A stretch of DNA of 64,000 bases from Octopus bimaculoides (GCF_001194135.2 NC_068983.1:152894273-152958272), one strand, 5' to 3'. Counted from the stretch's first letter, positions 49,600 to 63,049 are shown. Made by a program: numbers and translations. The notes: generated by a model not told the origin, from the sequence alone.

Positions 49600-50030
49600 T
49601 GTGGTTGTATGTATGTGTTGGTCTATGAGTTTGTGACCAGTCTTAGGGTGCGTTGCAGACGTTTCTTTAACAGCAGTACCGTCCAAAATGCAGCAAGGAA
49701 GTAACACTGTTCGACACACTCCAAATATGTACAGAGTTTGTACACGTTACAGAACAAAACATTTTATGCTTCCGAAGAGGAAGTTCAGTCATTGTAATGT
49801 AGATTTTGCGGTAAATTTTGATCCTTTCACCTGCACGATTTCCACTAAGAAAAGGAAAAAACTCGGATTTTTTGCGTGGAATCATATACCCTGACCTCCT
49901 AATATGTTGCAAACCCCTTATTTTTCTTCGGAAAAAAAGTGAGGGTGGGAAACCTGACCCTTCCATACAGGAATCATTGGAAATTCTTTTTCCGTTGAAT
50001 GAATTCCAGTGATCCCCTGATATTCCACAA
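49600..50030 (-). mobile_element. Possible LINE APE-endonuclease relic
   Basis: Only loose similarity (YMIPRKKSEFF.., FGRYCC..NAP..W). Abuts a gap. Confidence 0.2.
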
Positions 50031-50869
50031 AACNNNNNNNNNNNNNNNNNNNNNNNNNNNNNNNNNNNNNNNNNNNNNNNNNNNNNNNNNNNNNNNNNNN
50101 NNNNNNNNNNNNNNNNNNNNNNNNNNNNNNNNNNNNNNNNNNNNNNNNNNNNNNNNNNNNNNNNNNNNNNNNNNNNNNNNNNNNNNNNNNNNNNNNNNNN
50201 NNNNNNNNNNNNNNNNNNNNNNNNNNNNNNNNNNNNNNNNNNNNNNNNNNNNNNNNNNNNNNNNNNNNNNNNNNNNNNNNNNNNNNNNNNNNNNNNNNNN
50301 NNNNNNNNNNNNNNNNNNNNNNNNNNNNNNNNNNNNNNNNNNNNNNNNNNNNNNNNNNNNNNNNNNNNNNNNNNNNNNNNNNNNNNNNNNNNNNNNNNNN
50401 NNNNNNNNNNNNNNNNNNNNNNNNNNNNNNNNNNNNNNNNNNNNNNNNNNNNNNNNNNNNNNNNNNNNNNNNNNNNNNNNNNNNNNNNNNNNNNNNNNNN
50501 NNNNNNNNNNNNNNNNNNNNNNNNNNNNNNNNNTTTTTGCTGTTTATTTCTTTACCAATTTTGCAAAATACGTTTTTCAGAGAGTATGGATTACGTTAGA
50601 TTGAACATTCAAAGATGTTTGAAATGAATAAGTGAAAATGCAGCGGTTATAGAGTGGTACTGAAGTCAGTGGAGAGATAAAGAATGATAGTTTGTGTATG
50701 TGTATGAAAGAAGTAAAATTATAATACTAGAACAATATATTATTTTATACCTGTTAGAATCACTGGATATAATATATATATAAGACATAGTAATCCCACA
50801 TTGCAGAATAGATTTGAAACACTAAAGCAGTTTCCCCTTGCAATTTTTGGCGGCGAATCGCGTTTTATT

Positions 50870-50990
<121 letters not shown>

Positions 50991-51049
50991 TGTGACAACG
51001 TTTACTTCAACTTACAATGGTATAGCAATATTTTATATCATCATCATCA

Positions 51050-51240
51050 TAATCATCATCATTTAACGTCTGCTTTCCATGGTGGCATGGGTTGGACGGT
51101 TTAACTGAGGACTGGCAAGCCAGAAACCTACACCAGGCTCCAATCTGGCAAACTGGATGCCTTTCCTAACGCCAAGTGTAGTGGGTGCTTTTTACGTGCC
51201 ACCAGCATGAGGAGCAGTCAGGCGGTACAGGCATCGAAGA
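51050..51240 (-). mobile_element. SINE-like interspersed repeat fragment ending in (GAT)n
   Basis: (CAT)n-TTTAACGTCTGCTTTCCATG..GGGTTGGACGG..GGATGCCTTTCCTAACGCCAA. Recognised from recall; single copy in the window. Confidence 0.5.
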
Positions 51241-52362
51241 AGCATATTAGGAGGTCACCGGAATTCATTCAAACAAAAAATAATAATTCCAATGATTCCG
51301 TGATGGGGNNNNNNNNNNNNNNNNNNNNNNNNNNNNNNNNNNNNNNNNNNNNNNNNNNNNNNNNNNNNNNNNNNNNNNNNNNNNNNNNNNNNNNNNNNNN
51401 NNNNNNNNNNNNNNNNNNNNNNNNNNNNNNNNNNNNNNNNNNNNNNNNNNNNNNNNNNNNNNNNNNNNNNNNNNNNNNNNNNNNNNNNNNNNNNNNNNNN
51501 NNNNNNNNNNNNNNNNNNNNNNNNNNNNNNNNNNNNNNNNNNNNNNNNNNNNNNNNNNNNNNNNNNNNNNNNNNNNNNNNNNNNNNNNNNNNNNNNNNNN
51601 NNNNNNNNNNNNNNNNNNNNNNNNNNNNNNNNNNNNNNNNNNNNNNNNNNNNNNNNNNNNNNNNNNNNNNNNNNNNNNNNNNNNNNNNNNNNNNNNNNNN
51701 NNNNNNNNNNNNNNNNNNNNNNNNNNNNNNNNNNNNNNNNNNNNNNNNNNNNNNNNNNNNNNNNNNNNNNNNNNNNNNNNNNNNNNNNNNNNNNNNNNNN
51801 NNNNNNNNNNNNNNNNNNNNNNNNNNNNNNNNNNNNNNNNNNNNNNNNNNNNNNNNNNNNNNNNNNNNNNNNNNNNNNNNNNNNNNNNNNNNNNNNNNNN
51901 NNNNNNNNNNNNNNNNNNNNNNNNNNNNNNNNNNNNNNNNNNNNNNNNNNNNNNNNNNNNNNNNNNNNNNNNNNNNNNNNNNNNNNNNNNNNNNNNNNNN
52001 NNNNNNNNNNNNNNNNNNNNNNNNNNNNNNNNNNNNNNNNNNNNNNNNNNNNNNNNNNNNNNNNNNNNNNNNNNNNNNNNNNNNNNNNNNNNNNNNNNNN
52101 NNNNNNNNNNNNNNNNNNNNNNNNNNNNNNNNNNNNNNNNNNNNNNNNNNNNNNNNNNNNNNNNNNNNNNNNNNNNNNNNNNNNNNNNNNNNNNNNNNNN
52201 NNNNNNNNNTATATATATATATATATGAGAGGTATTGGTGTCCAGAAGACACAAGGTAGCATGTAACGCTATGTACGTGCTATGGGAGGACCGTAGTTAG
52301 ACACTCGGTTCGATAATGATACGAGAGCGGAGTCTAAAACGGGTCTTGTATGCGCATGTGTA

Positions 52363-52653
52363 TGTTAAATAAAATGAGACAACAAAACCAAGGCTGTGTG
52401 GAATTTTCAGGAAAATTATGAGAAAGTTAGTCTTACAGCTGTTTCTGTAAGAGACGATTTGAAATTGTTAAATAGAGGGAAATATTAGAAATATCGAATT
52501 CTAATATTTCTCTGCATTTAACCATCTCATATCTTCTCTGATGTAAGGGTATCCCTAATATCCCAGAAGCAGCTGTAAGACTAACTTTCTACTTATAAAT
52601 ATCCTGTAAATTCCCCACACAGCCTTGGCTATGTTGTCTCATTTTATTTAACA
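52363..52653. mobile_element. 291-bp foldback element with ~85-bp inverted arms derived from a hammerhead-bearing (Penelope-like) terminal repeat
   Basis: TG...CA ends and arms TGTTAAATAAAATGAGACAAC...GTCTTACAGCTGTTTCTG with their reverse complement. Internal 11-bp hairpin and a decayed HHR at 52535-52580. No TSD seen. Confidence 0.78.
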
Positions 52654-53574
52654 GACACACACACATAGATGCATATGTATATATGTATGTATGTGTTGCG
52701 TATGGTGATTTATACGTTGACTGTTTGTTTATTTATTTTTGTTTGTAAAGTAGAAATATGAAGAATTTGAAAATTCACTTGGAAATTATTAAGAATTAGA
52801 CACGTAAACTTGACTGGTTTACCAATTTTATGATTATAAAAAATAGTTAGAGATAGACAGATGAGAAATATGTTATTAATTTCTCTACTCACAGCGGAGA
52901 GTGAAAATTCGGTTCTTAATATGGAGGAATTACAGCTCAAATAGCCGTCAGTTAAGATAAAGTTTAAGTGGTTATAGATGGTTCCATTGATTTTATTTCT
53001 CCTTCACATTCGTTTATACATACATTCACTCTTTTATACACATATATACATGTATATACACACAGACGCTCGCACAAACACACACAAACACATACACACA
53101 AACACACATATATATGTAAGAATTACGTAAGATGGAGACATTTATCTATGTACCAATCTATCTAGCTACCCAGTTATATATAGATATGTGTGTATGTATA
53201 TATAAGTATATGTGTGTGTGTGTGNNNNNNNNNNNNNNNNNNNNNNNNNNNNNNNNNNNNNNNNNNNNNNNNNNNNNNNNNNNNNNNNNNNNNNNNNNNN
53301 NNNNNNNNNNNNNNNNNNNNNNNNAAAACACCGCTATGGTGGATAAAATTTCTTCATTTGTGAATTTGGGCTACCATTGGTTTCATGCAGAAAAAATAGG
53401 AAGATGTCGTAATAACTTTTCAAGCCGATCACCTGAAGGAATGGTGTTCGTGTTTATATATATATACTCATTTATTATTTGTTTTTACATGACCGAAAGC
53501 CAGTGTCATCACTGTTGTAAGTAGTTATTTCAACTTTATATTTTCTGACGCAACTCTGTCTCCTTCTCTATCAC

Positions 53575-53710
53575 TTTTTCCCCCTCTAGTTCTTCCTCTG
53601 TTACTACTACGTATTTCTCTTTACCCCTCCCGTTCTTCCTTCTGTTACTACCATATCTCTCTCTTTCCCCCCTCGTACTTCCTTCTGTTACTACTATATT
53701 CCCCTCTTCC
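53575..53710. repeat. ~45-50-bp minisatellite x3 (CTTCCTTCTGTTACTAC core)
   Basis: Three imperfect direct copies. Confidence 0.65.
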
Positions 53711-54599
53711 TCTCTTTCTCTCGTTGCTCACCTATTCTTCTACTTCCTCCCTTTGTTTCTCCCTCTACCACTCTCTCTCTCTCTCCCTTACCCCTGCATG
53801 GTCACATGATTCCGGTCTCTAATCCTTTTGCTCCTTGGCTATCGCCGAGCAAACACGCGAACTTACTTCGTCCCCACTTTCAAGTTCGTGCCTCATAGCG
53901 TTCATATACACATAATTTTTCACGTCTGGCCGCATAGCCTTTTCCGTTTGTTTTCCTGTTTTGTTTTCTTTTCGGTTTGTTTTCCTGTCTTGTTTTTTGT
54001 CCGCCACTACATTCCTCCATGGCACAGGTTTAATTTGTATATANNNNNNNNNNNNNNNNNNNNNNNNNNNNNNNNNNNNNNNNNNNNNNNNNNNNNNNNN
54101 NNNNNNNNNNNNNNNNNNNNNNNNNNNNNNNNNNNNNNNNNNNNNNNNNNNNNNNNNNNNNNNNNNNNNNNNNNNNNNNNNNNNNNNNNNNNNNNNNNNN
54201 NNNNNNNNNNNNNNNNNNNNNNNNNNNNNNNNNNNNNNNNNNNNNNNNNNNNNNNNNNNNNNNNNNNNNNNNNNNNNNNNNATATACATGTCTAATGTAT
54301 ACATTCTCACATGTTTTTACTCTACTACTAGTACTGACCTGCCCAACCAACTAAATTCCAAAATTCTTCTCTCTATACTAATATATCTTTTCTCTACTCC
54401 ATTATTTAGACCCCATCACTGCAAGTGACACTCTTCAAAGCTTTGTATCACTCTCTCTCCAAAACCACCCATTCCTTCCATCTTTCTGCACGCTACTACC
54501 TTTCTCTCTCTTTCTTCCTAAACTTCCCTTATTTTCCCCTTCCTAACTTATTATATTCACTGACCACTATATGGTACACTTTCCCTTATCTCTATTTTT

Positions 54600-54860
54600 G
54601 TATTCCTTTGTCCTTTCTTTTCTGTATTCCTTTTATTATATTCTTGTTTTTCTTCTCTTTTTCCCCTATCGTTTTTTCTCCCTCTTTCTTTATTCTTCTC
54701 TTTCTCTCCTTTTTTTTCTTTTTTCTTCTCTTTCTCCCCCTTTCTTTTTTTCTCCCTCTTTCTTTATTCCTCTCTTCCTTTTTGTTCGTTTTCTCTCTTT
54801 CTTTATTCCTCTCATCCTTTGTGTTTTTCTCTCTCTTTCTTTATTCCTCTCTCCCTGCTT
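54600..54860. repeat. Polypyrimidine low-complexity tract
   Basis: About 260 nt almost exclusively C/T. Confidence 0.9.
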
Positions 54861-55099
54861 CCGATTTGACCTTACTAATACATTTCCTACTTTTAGGTCA
54901 CTTTAAACAGAACCCTTGATTCAATAACACTGTGTATAAACTCTGTATTTGGAATGACCAATTTCAAAGTCTGCTGGATTTTACTCATAGGGTATTGGAA
55001 TCTTAATAATGGATTTACAGATGTAATGATCAAACTTAAAGACTATTGGATTTTACTCACAAGGTATTGGAATCTTATATGTACACCATTCTGCCTAAA

Positions 55100-55300
55100 C
55101 AACGGATTTACACACACGATATCCCTGCATTCACTCTCTATTTCCTATCTCATCTAAATTAACTATTGCTTAACTATCCTCCCACACCGTCTCCGATGAA
55201 GGGATATAATAAATATCCTGGAAACAGCAGTAAGACCTTCTATTTATAAATGTTCTAAAATGTACACAGCCTTGTTTTTTATTATCTCATGACGAAAACT
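55100..55300 (+). mobile_element. Solo copy of the 52363-type terminal repeat with decayed hammerhead
   Basis: GTCT-CCGATGA-A-GGGATAT-aataa-ATATCCT-G-GAAA-CAGCAG-TA-AGAC (55189-55236), followed by ACACAGCCTTG...TCTCAT as in the right arm of 52363. Confidence 0.6.
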
Positions 55301-55430
55301 AAATCCTTATATTCACACTCTTATATATGATCTACGTTGGACCCCCTATTCGCATAATCACCGAATCTGGAGCTTACTCAGCATCACCTGAAACATCTGG
55401 ATCTAATTGACATCACTACCGCTCTTAACC

Positions 55431-55517
<87 letters not shown>

Positions 55518-55918
55518 CATACTATGGTGTCATTGGTGCTTAATGCACTATAGCAACATATACGGAGCATAATAGAAAATCAATACCGATGCATACGAAC
55601 AATTATTCCACTTTTTTTTAATTATATGCATTTAAAAAAAATGTAGTGGAATGTTTTTGTTTTTATATATATAAATGTAACTATTACATTCGGAACCAAT
55701 ATTGTGAGATCAATATGATTGTAACTACGATTCATTTACTACACGTTGAAGCAAAAAATAATCGCAGTAACAGGTAGTCAAAATAGATATTAGTCAAAAA
55801 TATTTATCGAATGAACAGATAATCACACCAGAGGTGGTGACCGTACAAAACCAAGTATAGACAGTAATACGATTGCCTCAAATATCACAAATAAGTGTAT
55901 GTATACATGTACGAGTAC

Positions 55919-55971
<53 letters not shown>

Positions 55972-56454
55972 TGTGTGTGTGTGTGTGTGTGTGTAAATGA
56001 AAGTAGAGTGAATGTTATTATAATAGTTTCTTTAGTTGTGTGGTTTCAAATAACAAGGATAACCCAGAAAGCATTATTTTCTAAATCTTCACTTGTCGTC
56101 TTCCAAGGATATGATACCGTGCTAAAACATAAAAGGGAGAATGTTATCTCATCTCAAACAGTTAAATTGTTTTCGAAAGTTAACGTCATACACCCATATA
56201 TATTTCACATTTGTACTCAATAAGCAGTCTCAATATACTCTGACAGTAATATAATCAACGTGCTTCACCCAAATTTCGTTTCTGTTACGTAAAAGGGAAA
56301 CCTCGTTGTAAATATAAAGCAATAGTATCATTGATTTGTAAAATTAGACAATGTGGTTACTTACAAAACGGTACAGACCGAAATTTACACTTTGCATAAC
56401 TAAGAAAAACAGATGCATTTCATTGGTCAGTGACCAAATTGTTATCGTAAATAT

Positions 56455-56458
56455 ATGA

Positions 56459-56517
<59 letters not shown>

Positions 56518-56650
56518 GTACTACTACTACTACTGGTAGTAATAATAATAATAATAATAATACCACCACCACCACCACCGTCACCACCATCACCACCACC
56601 ACCCCCACCCCCACCAACAACAACAACAACAATAATAATAATGATAATAA
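56455..56650. repeat. (CTA)n(TAA)n(CCA)n(CAA)n compound array
   Basis: Direct reading. Confidence 0.95.
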
Positions 56651-56659
56651 TCATAAATG

Positions 56660-57200
56660 TCCTGGTGCAACAGCAGGCACTGTTCATGGCTTCTGATCAT
56701 AACTGATTGGCAGTCTTATCATGCACATGTTTTGTCTTGGTATAAAAGATGGGCTACAGCAAATATTCTGTTCAATATCGCATATTTACTTGTCAGTTGC
56801 TTGACCTTCACCAGTTGAGCATGTTTCTTAGTGACTGACGATACGTGTATCTCTGATCACGAGCAGAAGTGGTGGGGAGCATCATAACCATATGTTGAGA
56901 GGAATTATTTGGAGTTTGAATAATTCTCTTCTGGAAACGTGTGTTTCGCTCAACATCCTCAAATAACTCTTATTCAAAGACCATTTGATCGGGATGGGCT
57001 GCTCGACCTGAAGAAAATTCTAACTGGGCTCCACCTTCAAGAACATGCGCTGTGTATCTTGATACGAGATCACCATGTCACGCATATATAGTTGTGATGC
57101 ATGTGCCTGATGTACCCTTATCAGACGGGTAGTGATGATGGGTATACTGGGCTTCGTATATTTCACTCCTGTGTCACTTTGATGGCATGCACTTCTCTCT
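56660..57200 (+). mobile_element. Interspersed repeat family E, longer copy
   Basis: Aligns with 24995-25390 and extends about 150 nt further to an (AAC)n-rich tail. Confidence 0.75.
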
Positions 57201-57559
57201 CACTCAATGAGAATAACAATAACAACAACAAAAACAACGACAAGAACAACAACAACAATGACAAGAACAACAGCAACGACAAGAACAACCGACTGGAAAC
57301 TTATTTTATCGACAAGGAAAAGATGCAAGACAAAGTGCACCTCAGCGTTATTTGAACTCAGAACGTAAAACGCAGCCAACATTTCACAAAGCTTTGTGCC
57401 TAGCGTGCTTGCATTGCGTACGGTTATAGCGCAATAAAATGTGGTTATATGTCAAATATCATGTAAAAAATACAACGATAAAATATCTTCCAATAACGAA
57501 TAATTCCTCAAATGAGGATGACTCCATGAGGCTGCTAATGAAAATCCTTCACAATTTTG

Positions 57560-58330
57560 GTCACCCTGGCCACTAGAGTAACTTGCGTGCCTTCGTTTTC
57601 ATTCTTTGATCTATAGGAGCATGCTTAAGGTTGGACCATTTACTCGCACCAGTCTTCACACATTCATCCACTTACTAACAACATTTCAACATTACGGGAA
57701 GGCTCCCCCCCCCCACTGTTCAAGAAATAAAGATAGGACCGATTGTTTCAAGTGTAATTACCTGGTATAGATGGTTGGCCCTCTCGAATGTTTTCTGTGG
57801 ATCAAAATTGATTAACGTCCTACTATCTCTCCGCGATCAATTCTACAAGTTTTCGTATGTGGAAGAAACTGTCGTTGATACAATTGTCATACATGGCACA
57901 GGTTTCGATAACAGCCCGATAAAAACGTCAGCCTCTCCTTAATTCTGTGTTGATCAGAGTTAAGGTTGGTCAATTTTGTGTCATCATTGTCCAGTTGTTC
58001 CCTTTGCAAGGACATCACAACCGGTAAACTTGAACTGGATGCTTCTAGTCTGTTGATAGCTAACCTAGATAGCTGACTAGAAAAGCAAATAAGTGTGGAA
58101 TGTGGGTATGGTGTTCATAGTTCTTTCAAATCAAGGTAATTGTCTCTCACAGAGATATTAGTCACTTTCTCCAATCAGTCTCATGAAATCAACTTTACGC
58201 TAGGCATTAATTTCCCCATTTCAAGACAATCACACATTTGGAAAAATGCAGAATGCAGTTGGTAAACCGATCGCAGCACTTAGGAATCGGTTATAAAATG
58301 TTTACTAAGGCCCACCAGACGGCGAAATTC
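57560..58330 (-). mobile_element. Heavily decayed L1/Tx1-like reverse transcriptase
   Basis: Frameshifted TCAM...FHIRKLVE..LINFDPQKTFERANH..RLVRVNG, matching the LINxDQxKAFDRVDH / VxVNG RT motifs. Confidence 0.55.
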
Positions 58331-59339
58331 CTCTTGTTACTACAAGTCCTGCATTATTTTTTATCTTTCACGTTGATTTTTTTTAATTTAATTTTCACTT
58401 ATAATAAGAATTTCTGACACTTATAAATCTTATGATATTTAATTTAAATTTTTTTACCTTAAAATTTAATTTTAAACTTACTACATGATGAATATCTAAA
58501 TATTTAATATTGGAATTCCTACATTACAAATCTTTATTCTTAGATTTTGAATTCCATTTCACTTTTCGCTTTTAGTTTAATTTATTTATACCTCATTTAA
58601 ACAGTTTACTTTTAAATTTTCCATTTTAACTTAAATTTATTTTAATCTTTAGTTTTAAGTTTCATTATATTTTTCATATTATTTACATGTATTATTATTA
58701 TTTATTACTTTCATTTTTTTTTTGAAAACATATTTGGATACTTAATAATTAGGTTTTTAAAATTTTAATCATTAATTTTGATAATCAAATTCTATAATTT
58801 CTTTCTTTTAGTTTTAATTTTTACTATTTTACCTTACTGTGCGTTACACATTTTATTGAATCTGTTATTTTTCTCTATTCTAACATTATAGACGTCTTTT
58901 CACAGCATGTTTCTGGCTTTTAGAAATCCGGTGGGTTATACTGGCGGCCTTTTCTCCTGCAGTAAACACGTTTATAGTAGCCGACCAGTTGTAACGTGAA
59001 CCGTATAAGTTTAAAGAAACTCGGAGTTATGAATGTCAGTGTATCATACTTTTGTCACTTGATAAATCACTCACGCACACGCAGAAACACACAATACTCT
59101 CTCGCGCGTGCGCGTACACACACACATATAAATGTTTATATATATACACTGACAAACATATGCACATACATATGAATATAGATATAACTATGTACATACA
59201 TATGTGTATGTGCATGAATATATATGCAAAAAGTATTTGCGCAATAGTGTCTGATAGAAATACTCAGGAAGTTTGCCTTCATGAGCTTGAACAACACTAA
59301 CTGAAAGAGAGTATCTAGCCTCACTTATAGATAATGGAA

Positions 59340-60300
59340 TTAAGCGTGATTAGAATTTAGACATTAAAACACTAAGTGCAGCTAACACCATACCTCATCT
59401 CAAAATACTAGTGTATATATCAACTCGCAACCCTAGAAACAATGAGGTATACAACACTAGAGTACGAAATCTACCTAATTTCACTAGAGGTCCATAAATA
59501 AATAATATTTTGAAAGCACATAAATTTATCAAATACAAAAAGCAACAAAAATTGCTAAAAAGACTTCTAATAAATGCGAAGCTTTACGCCACTGCTACGA
59601 ATCCAACGGTTAAAAAATGTGGACTCCCAAACTGTGGAATATGCCCCAACCTACTGGAAGGCTCAATCAAACAAGAAGAGAGGTTCACAATTAAAGCCAA
59701 CTTCACTTGTGCTTCCGAGTACCTAAGTTATGCTATAATTTGCTCAGGTTGTGGACATAACTCTATAGGACAGAAAAGTATGACACTGAGACGCTAAAAC
59801 CACATTACATAAGGAACAGATCCGTTTCCTGCAATACAGACAATTTTCTTTGACTGAATACTTAGAGAGATGTACAGGTAATATCCAACCATACTTGCCA
59901 ATTTTCACTATCTACCAGTCCAAAGAAACAATTTCTGTACAATAACGTTGAAAATTTTTCATCGAAAAATACACATCATGTCTAGATATGAACACATAAG
60001 CAATTTTGATCTCAGCATATATTTTAATTTATGACTACATACCCATCACTGAACATATTTTCATCTCACTTCTTTAGCTTTTGCGATTTTGTGTATATTT
60101 ACCCCCTCCCCGAAGATGAACAGTTACTTCCCCTGCCCCCAATAATAACGATCACCAATTACCTCCCTTTAGATTTTTCTACTTGTTGAATCATTCAGTC
60201 ATAAACTTCTCAACACACAACATGGACTAAAATCTTCTTAAGAAAATACGAAATTACAATAATTTCAATGTCATGATTAGCGAAAGCGAAACCAGTCGAC
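59340..60300 (+). mobile_element. Penelope-like element 3' part (linker, GIY-YIG, terminal repeat relic)
   Basis: LKRLLINAK..VKKCGLPNCGICP..FTIKANFTCASEYLSYAIICSGCGHNSIGQ..LHKEQIR..FFIEKY. Decayed HHR-like string at 60268-60300. Confidence 0.78.
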
Positions 60301-61108
60301 AAATACAATATAAAATATAAATAAAAATATATTATATGCATGTAAAATGTGTGCATTTTTTCTTCTTTAACTTTACATATATTTTTTGAATTTCAGCTCA
60401 CCACGTAGGGATAATCAAAATTCCTCCCTTTGTATTACTGTACATATATACACAGACATATATGTACTTATGTATGTATACATGTATTAGGATTTTTGTT
60501 ATAAGTATATGCCCACTCATTTATTAGAATTATGCTTTCTAAAGAAATACAAGGCGTCCATTTTGAAGTAATAAAAAAGAGTAAAGTGGACTTGTAATTA
60601 TTTTGGTAACAGATTAATTCTTCTACTGTTTGAATGGTAATACCATTTGTCATAAACAGCATTTCCCAATATATCGGTAAATTGCAACAAAGGAAATGTG
60701 TAAAATACAACATACAGGCAGCTGGTGTAAGAGAATGCAAATAAGTCGTTAAATGCCCAAACTATAGGAAAGCAAACATGAATGAAAACACTAGAGATCA
60801 AAGGATAAAAGTAGGTAGATGTAAAATTTGTATCAAATCATATTATGTTTTGTCCGTATCATATAGAAATTAAAGTGAGAGTGCGATGATTGTAACTATT
60901 TTTTGGACATAGCATATTCTGTATATACTATCATCTTTTGAGCAATATTAAATCAAAGAGAATTGTCTTTTGTGTGAAGGTGAATAAAATATTTCATAGA
61001 AACACGAACAGATTCGCATAAATTAGATGTTTGTGCACATGTGAACATGTATATGTAGGTACACAGAAACACACAAATATATATGTGAGTGTGTGTGTGT
61101 GTGTGTGA

Positions 61109-61156
<48 letters not shown>

Positions 61157-61654
61157 NNNNNNNNNNNNNNNNNNNNNNNNNNNNNNNNNNNNNNNNNNNN
61201 NNNNNNNNNNNNNNNNNNNNNNNNNNNNNNNNNNNNNNNNNNNNNNNNNNNNNNNNNNNNNNNNNNNNNNNNNNNNNNNNNNNNNNNNNNNNNNNNNNNN
61301 NNNNNNNNNNNNNNNNNNNNNNNNNNNNNNNNNNNNNNNNNNNNNNNNNNNNNNNNNNNNNNNNNNNNNNNNNNNNNNNNNNNNNNNNNNNNNNNNNNNN
61401 NNNNNNNNNNNNNNNNNNNNNNNNNNNNNNNNNNNNNNNNNNNNNNNNNNNNNNNNNNNNNNNNNNNNNNNNNNNNNNNNNNNNNNNNNNNNNNNNNNNN
61501 NNNNNNNNNNNNNNNNNNNNNNNNNNNNNNNNNNNNNNNNNNNNNNNNNNNNNNNNNNNNNNNNNNNNNNNNNNNNNNNNNNNNNNNNNNNNNNNNNNNN
61601 NNNNNNNNNNNNNNNNNNNNNNNNNNNNNNNNNNNNNNNNNNNNNNNNNNNNNN

Positions 61655-61686
<32 letters not shown>

Positions 61687-62103
61687 GATTTCTCTCGGAA
61701 ATGTCGTTCACACACTAAGGGATACAATATTTAATTCAACATGTTACAATTTTTTCGAGTACGATTTCTCCCGTTCATTGAAATCGTATATATACACGTG
61801 TGTGTTTGTGTGCGTGTGTGTGTGCTTCTGTATGTGTGTGTGTCTCTGTTCTGTGTGTGTATAAGTGCTAATGCAAACGAAAGAAAGTAGCACTCGTCTT
61901 ATTTGCTAGGAGTTATATGTTTCTCATAACACTTCGGTTCACTTTCATGAATTAATGGTTTCGTGGGCGAGTAGGACATGTCCTTCAAATATCAGAAGAG
62001 TTGTCTAATATCTAATGGTATGCACGTATCCTGCTCGGCCTTTTCATGTATGGTTTTGAGGCAAACTGTTATTAGTGTATATATATATATATATATATAT
62101 ATT

Positions 62104-62278
62104 GGCGCAGGAGTGGCTGTGTGGCAAGTACCTTACTTACCAAATACATGGTAGCCCTTCCTTACCGATTCGGCAAAAGGGTCTGATAGATAAATTACTA
62201 GTTCTGGGATCGATGTGTTCGACTAAAGGTGGTGCCCCACTATGAGCGCAGTCAAATGAGTGAACCAAATGAAAGAAT
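62104..62278 (+). mobile_element. SINE family C with internal deletions (head fused to tail)
   Basis: GGCGCAGGAGTGGCTGTGTGG head joined directly to CGATTCGGCAAAAG...GACTAAAGGTGGTGCCCC tail. Confidence 0.7.
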
Positions 62279-62416
62279 CTATACTATAAAAGGCAAATCT
62301 ACTCTGTGTGTGTGTATGTTTAAAATTCATACATTTACACAATTCAAAATTTATTCGATTAAACAATCGCAATTAATATTCTAAATACAATAAGTTAGGT
62401 CACTGCGTCATTTTTG

Positions 62417-62957
62417 CACTCCAAACATTTCCTAATAATGAATAAAATCCGTAAAACTACGGAGGTAAACATTTTCTCCCTAATAAAATCTAATTTCCTC
62501 TTTCTAATACAAATCCTTTCAACTCCTACTTTCTCTTATGAAGCTTTACGAAAACTCCAACAACAAATACAAATACAAAAAGAAAGGAAGGAGAAAAAGA
62601 AAACTTTGCCCCTCTAAAATTAACTATTTCTATTCCTCTTACACATCGTTTCAATTGCTACTTTCTCTTATGNNNNNNNNNNNNNNNNNNNNNNNNNNNN
62701 NNNNNNNNNNNNNNNNNNNNNNNNNNNNNNNNNNNNNNNNNNNNNNNNNNNNNNNNNNNNNNNNNNNNNNNNNNNNNNNNNNNNNNNNNNNNNNNNNNNN
62801 NNNNNNNNNNNNNNNNNNNNNNNNNNNNNNNNNNNNNNNNNNNNNNNNNNNNNNNNNNNNNNNNNNNNNNNNNNNNCATTTCCTAATAATGAATAAAATC
62901 CGTAAAACTACGGAGGTAAACATTTTCTCCCTAATAAAATCTAATTTCCTCTTTCTA
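62417..62957 (+). repeat. Gap-flanking direct duplication (62417-62506 vs 62877-62957), probable assembly artefact
   Basis: Identical ~80-bp text on both sides of the 62673-62876 gap. Confidence 0.75.
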
Positions 62958-63049
62958 TAACAACTTTCACCTTTTATTCCGCACATGAAATGCCACCTAT
63001 GCACTTACATACAAATACACAGATACATGCAAATACCTGTCACTTAGAA

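Noticed and set aside
54425-54919. 164-aa F/L/S-rich ORF resembling a membrane protein
   Set aside because: Artefact of the polypyrimidine tract.
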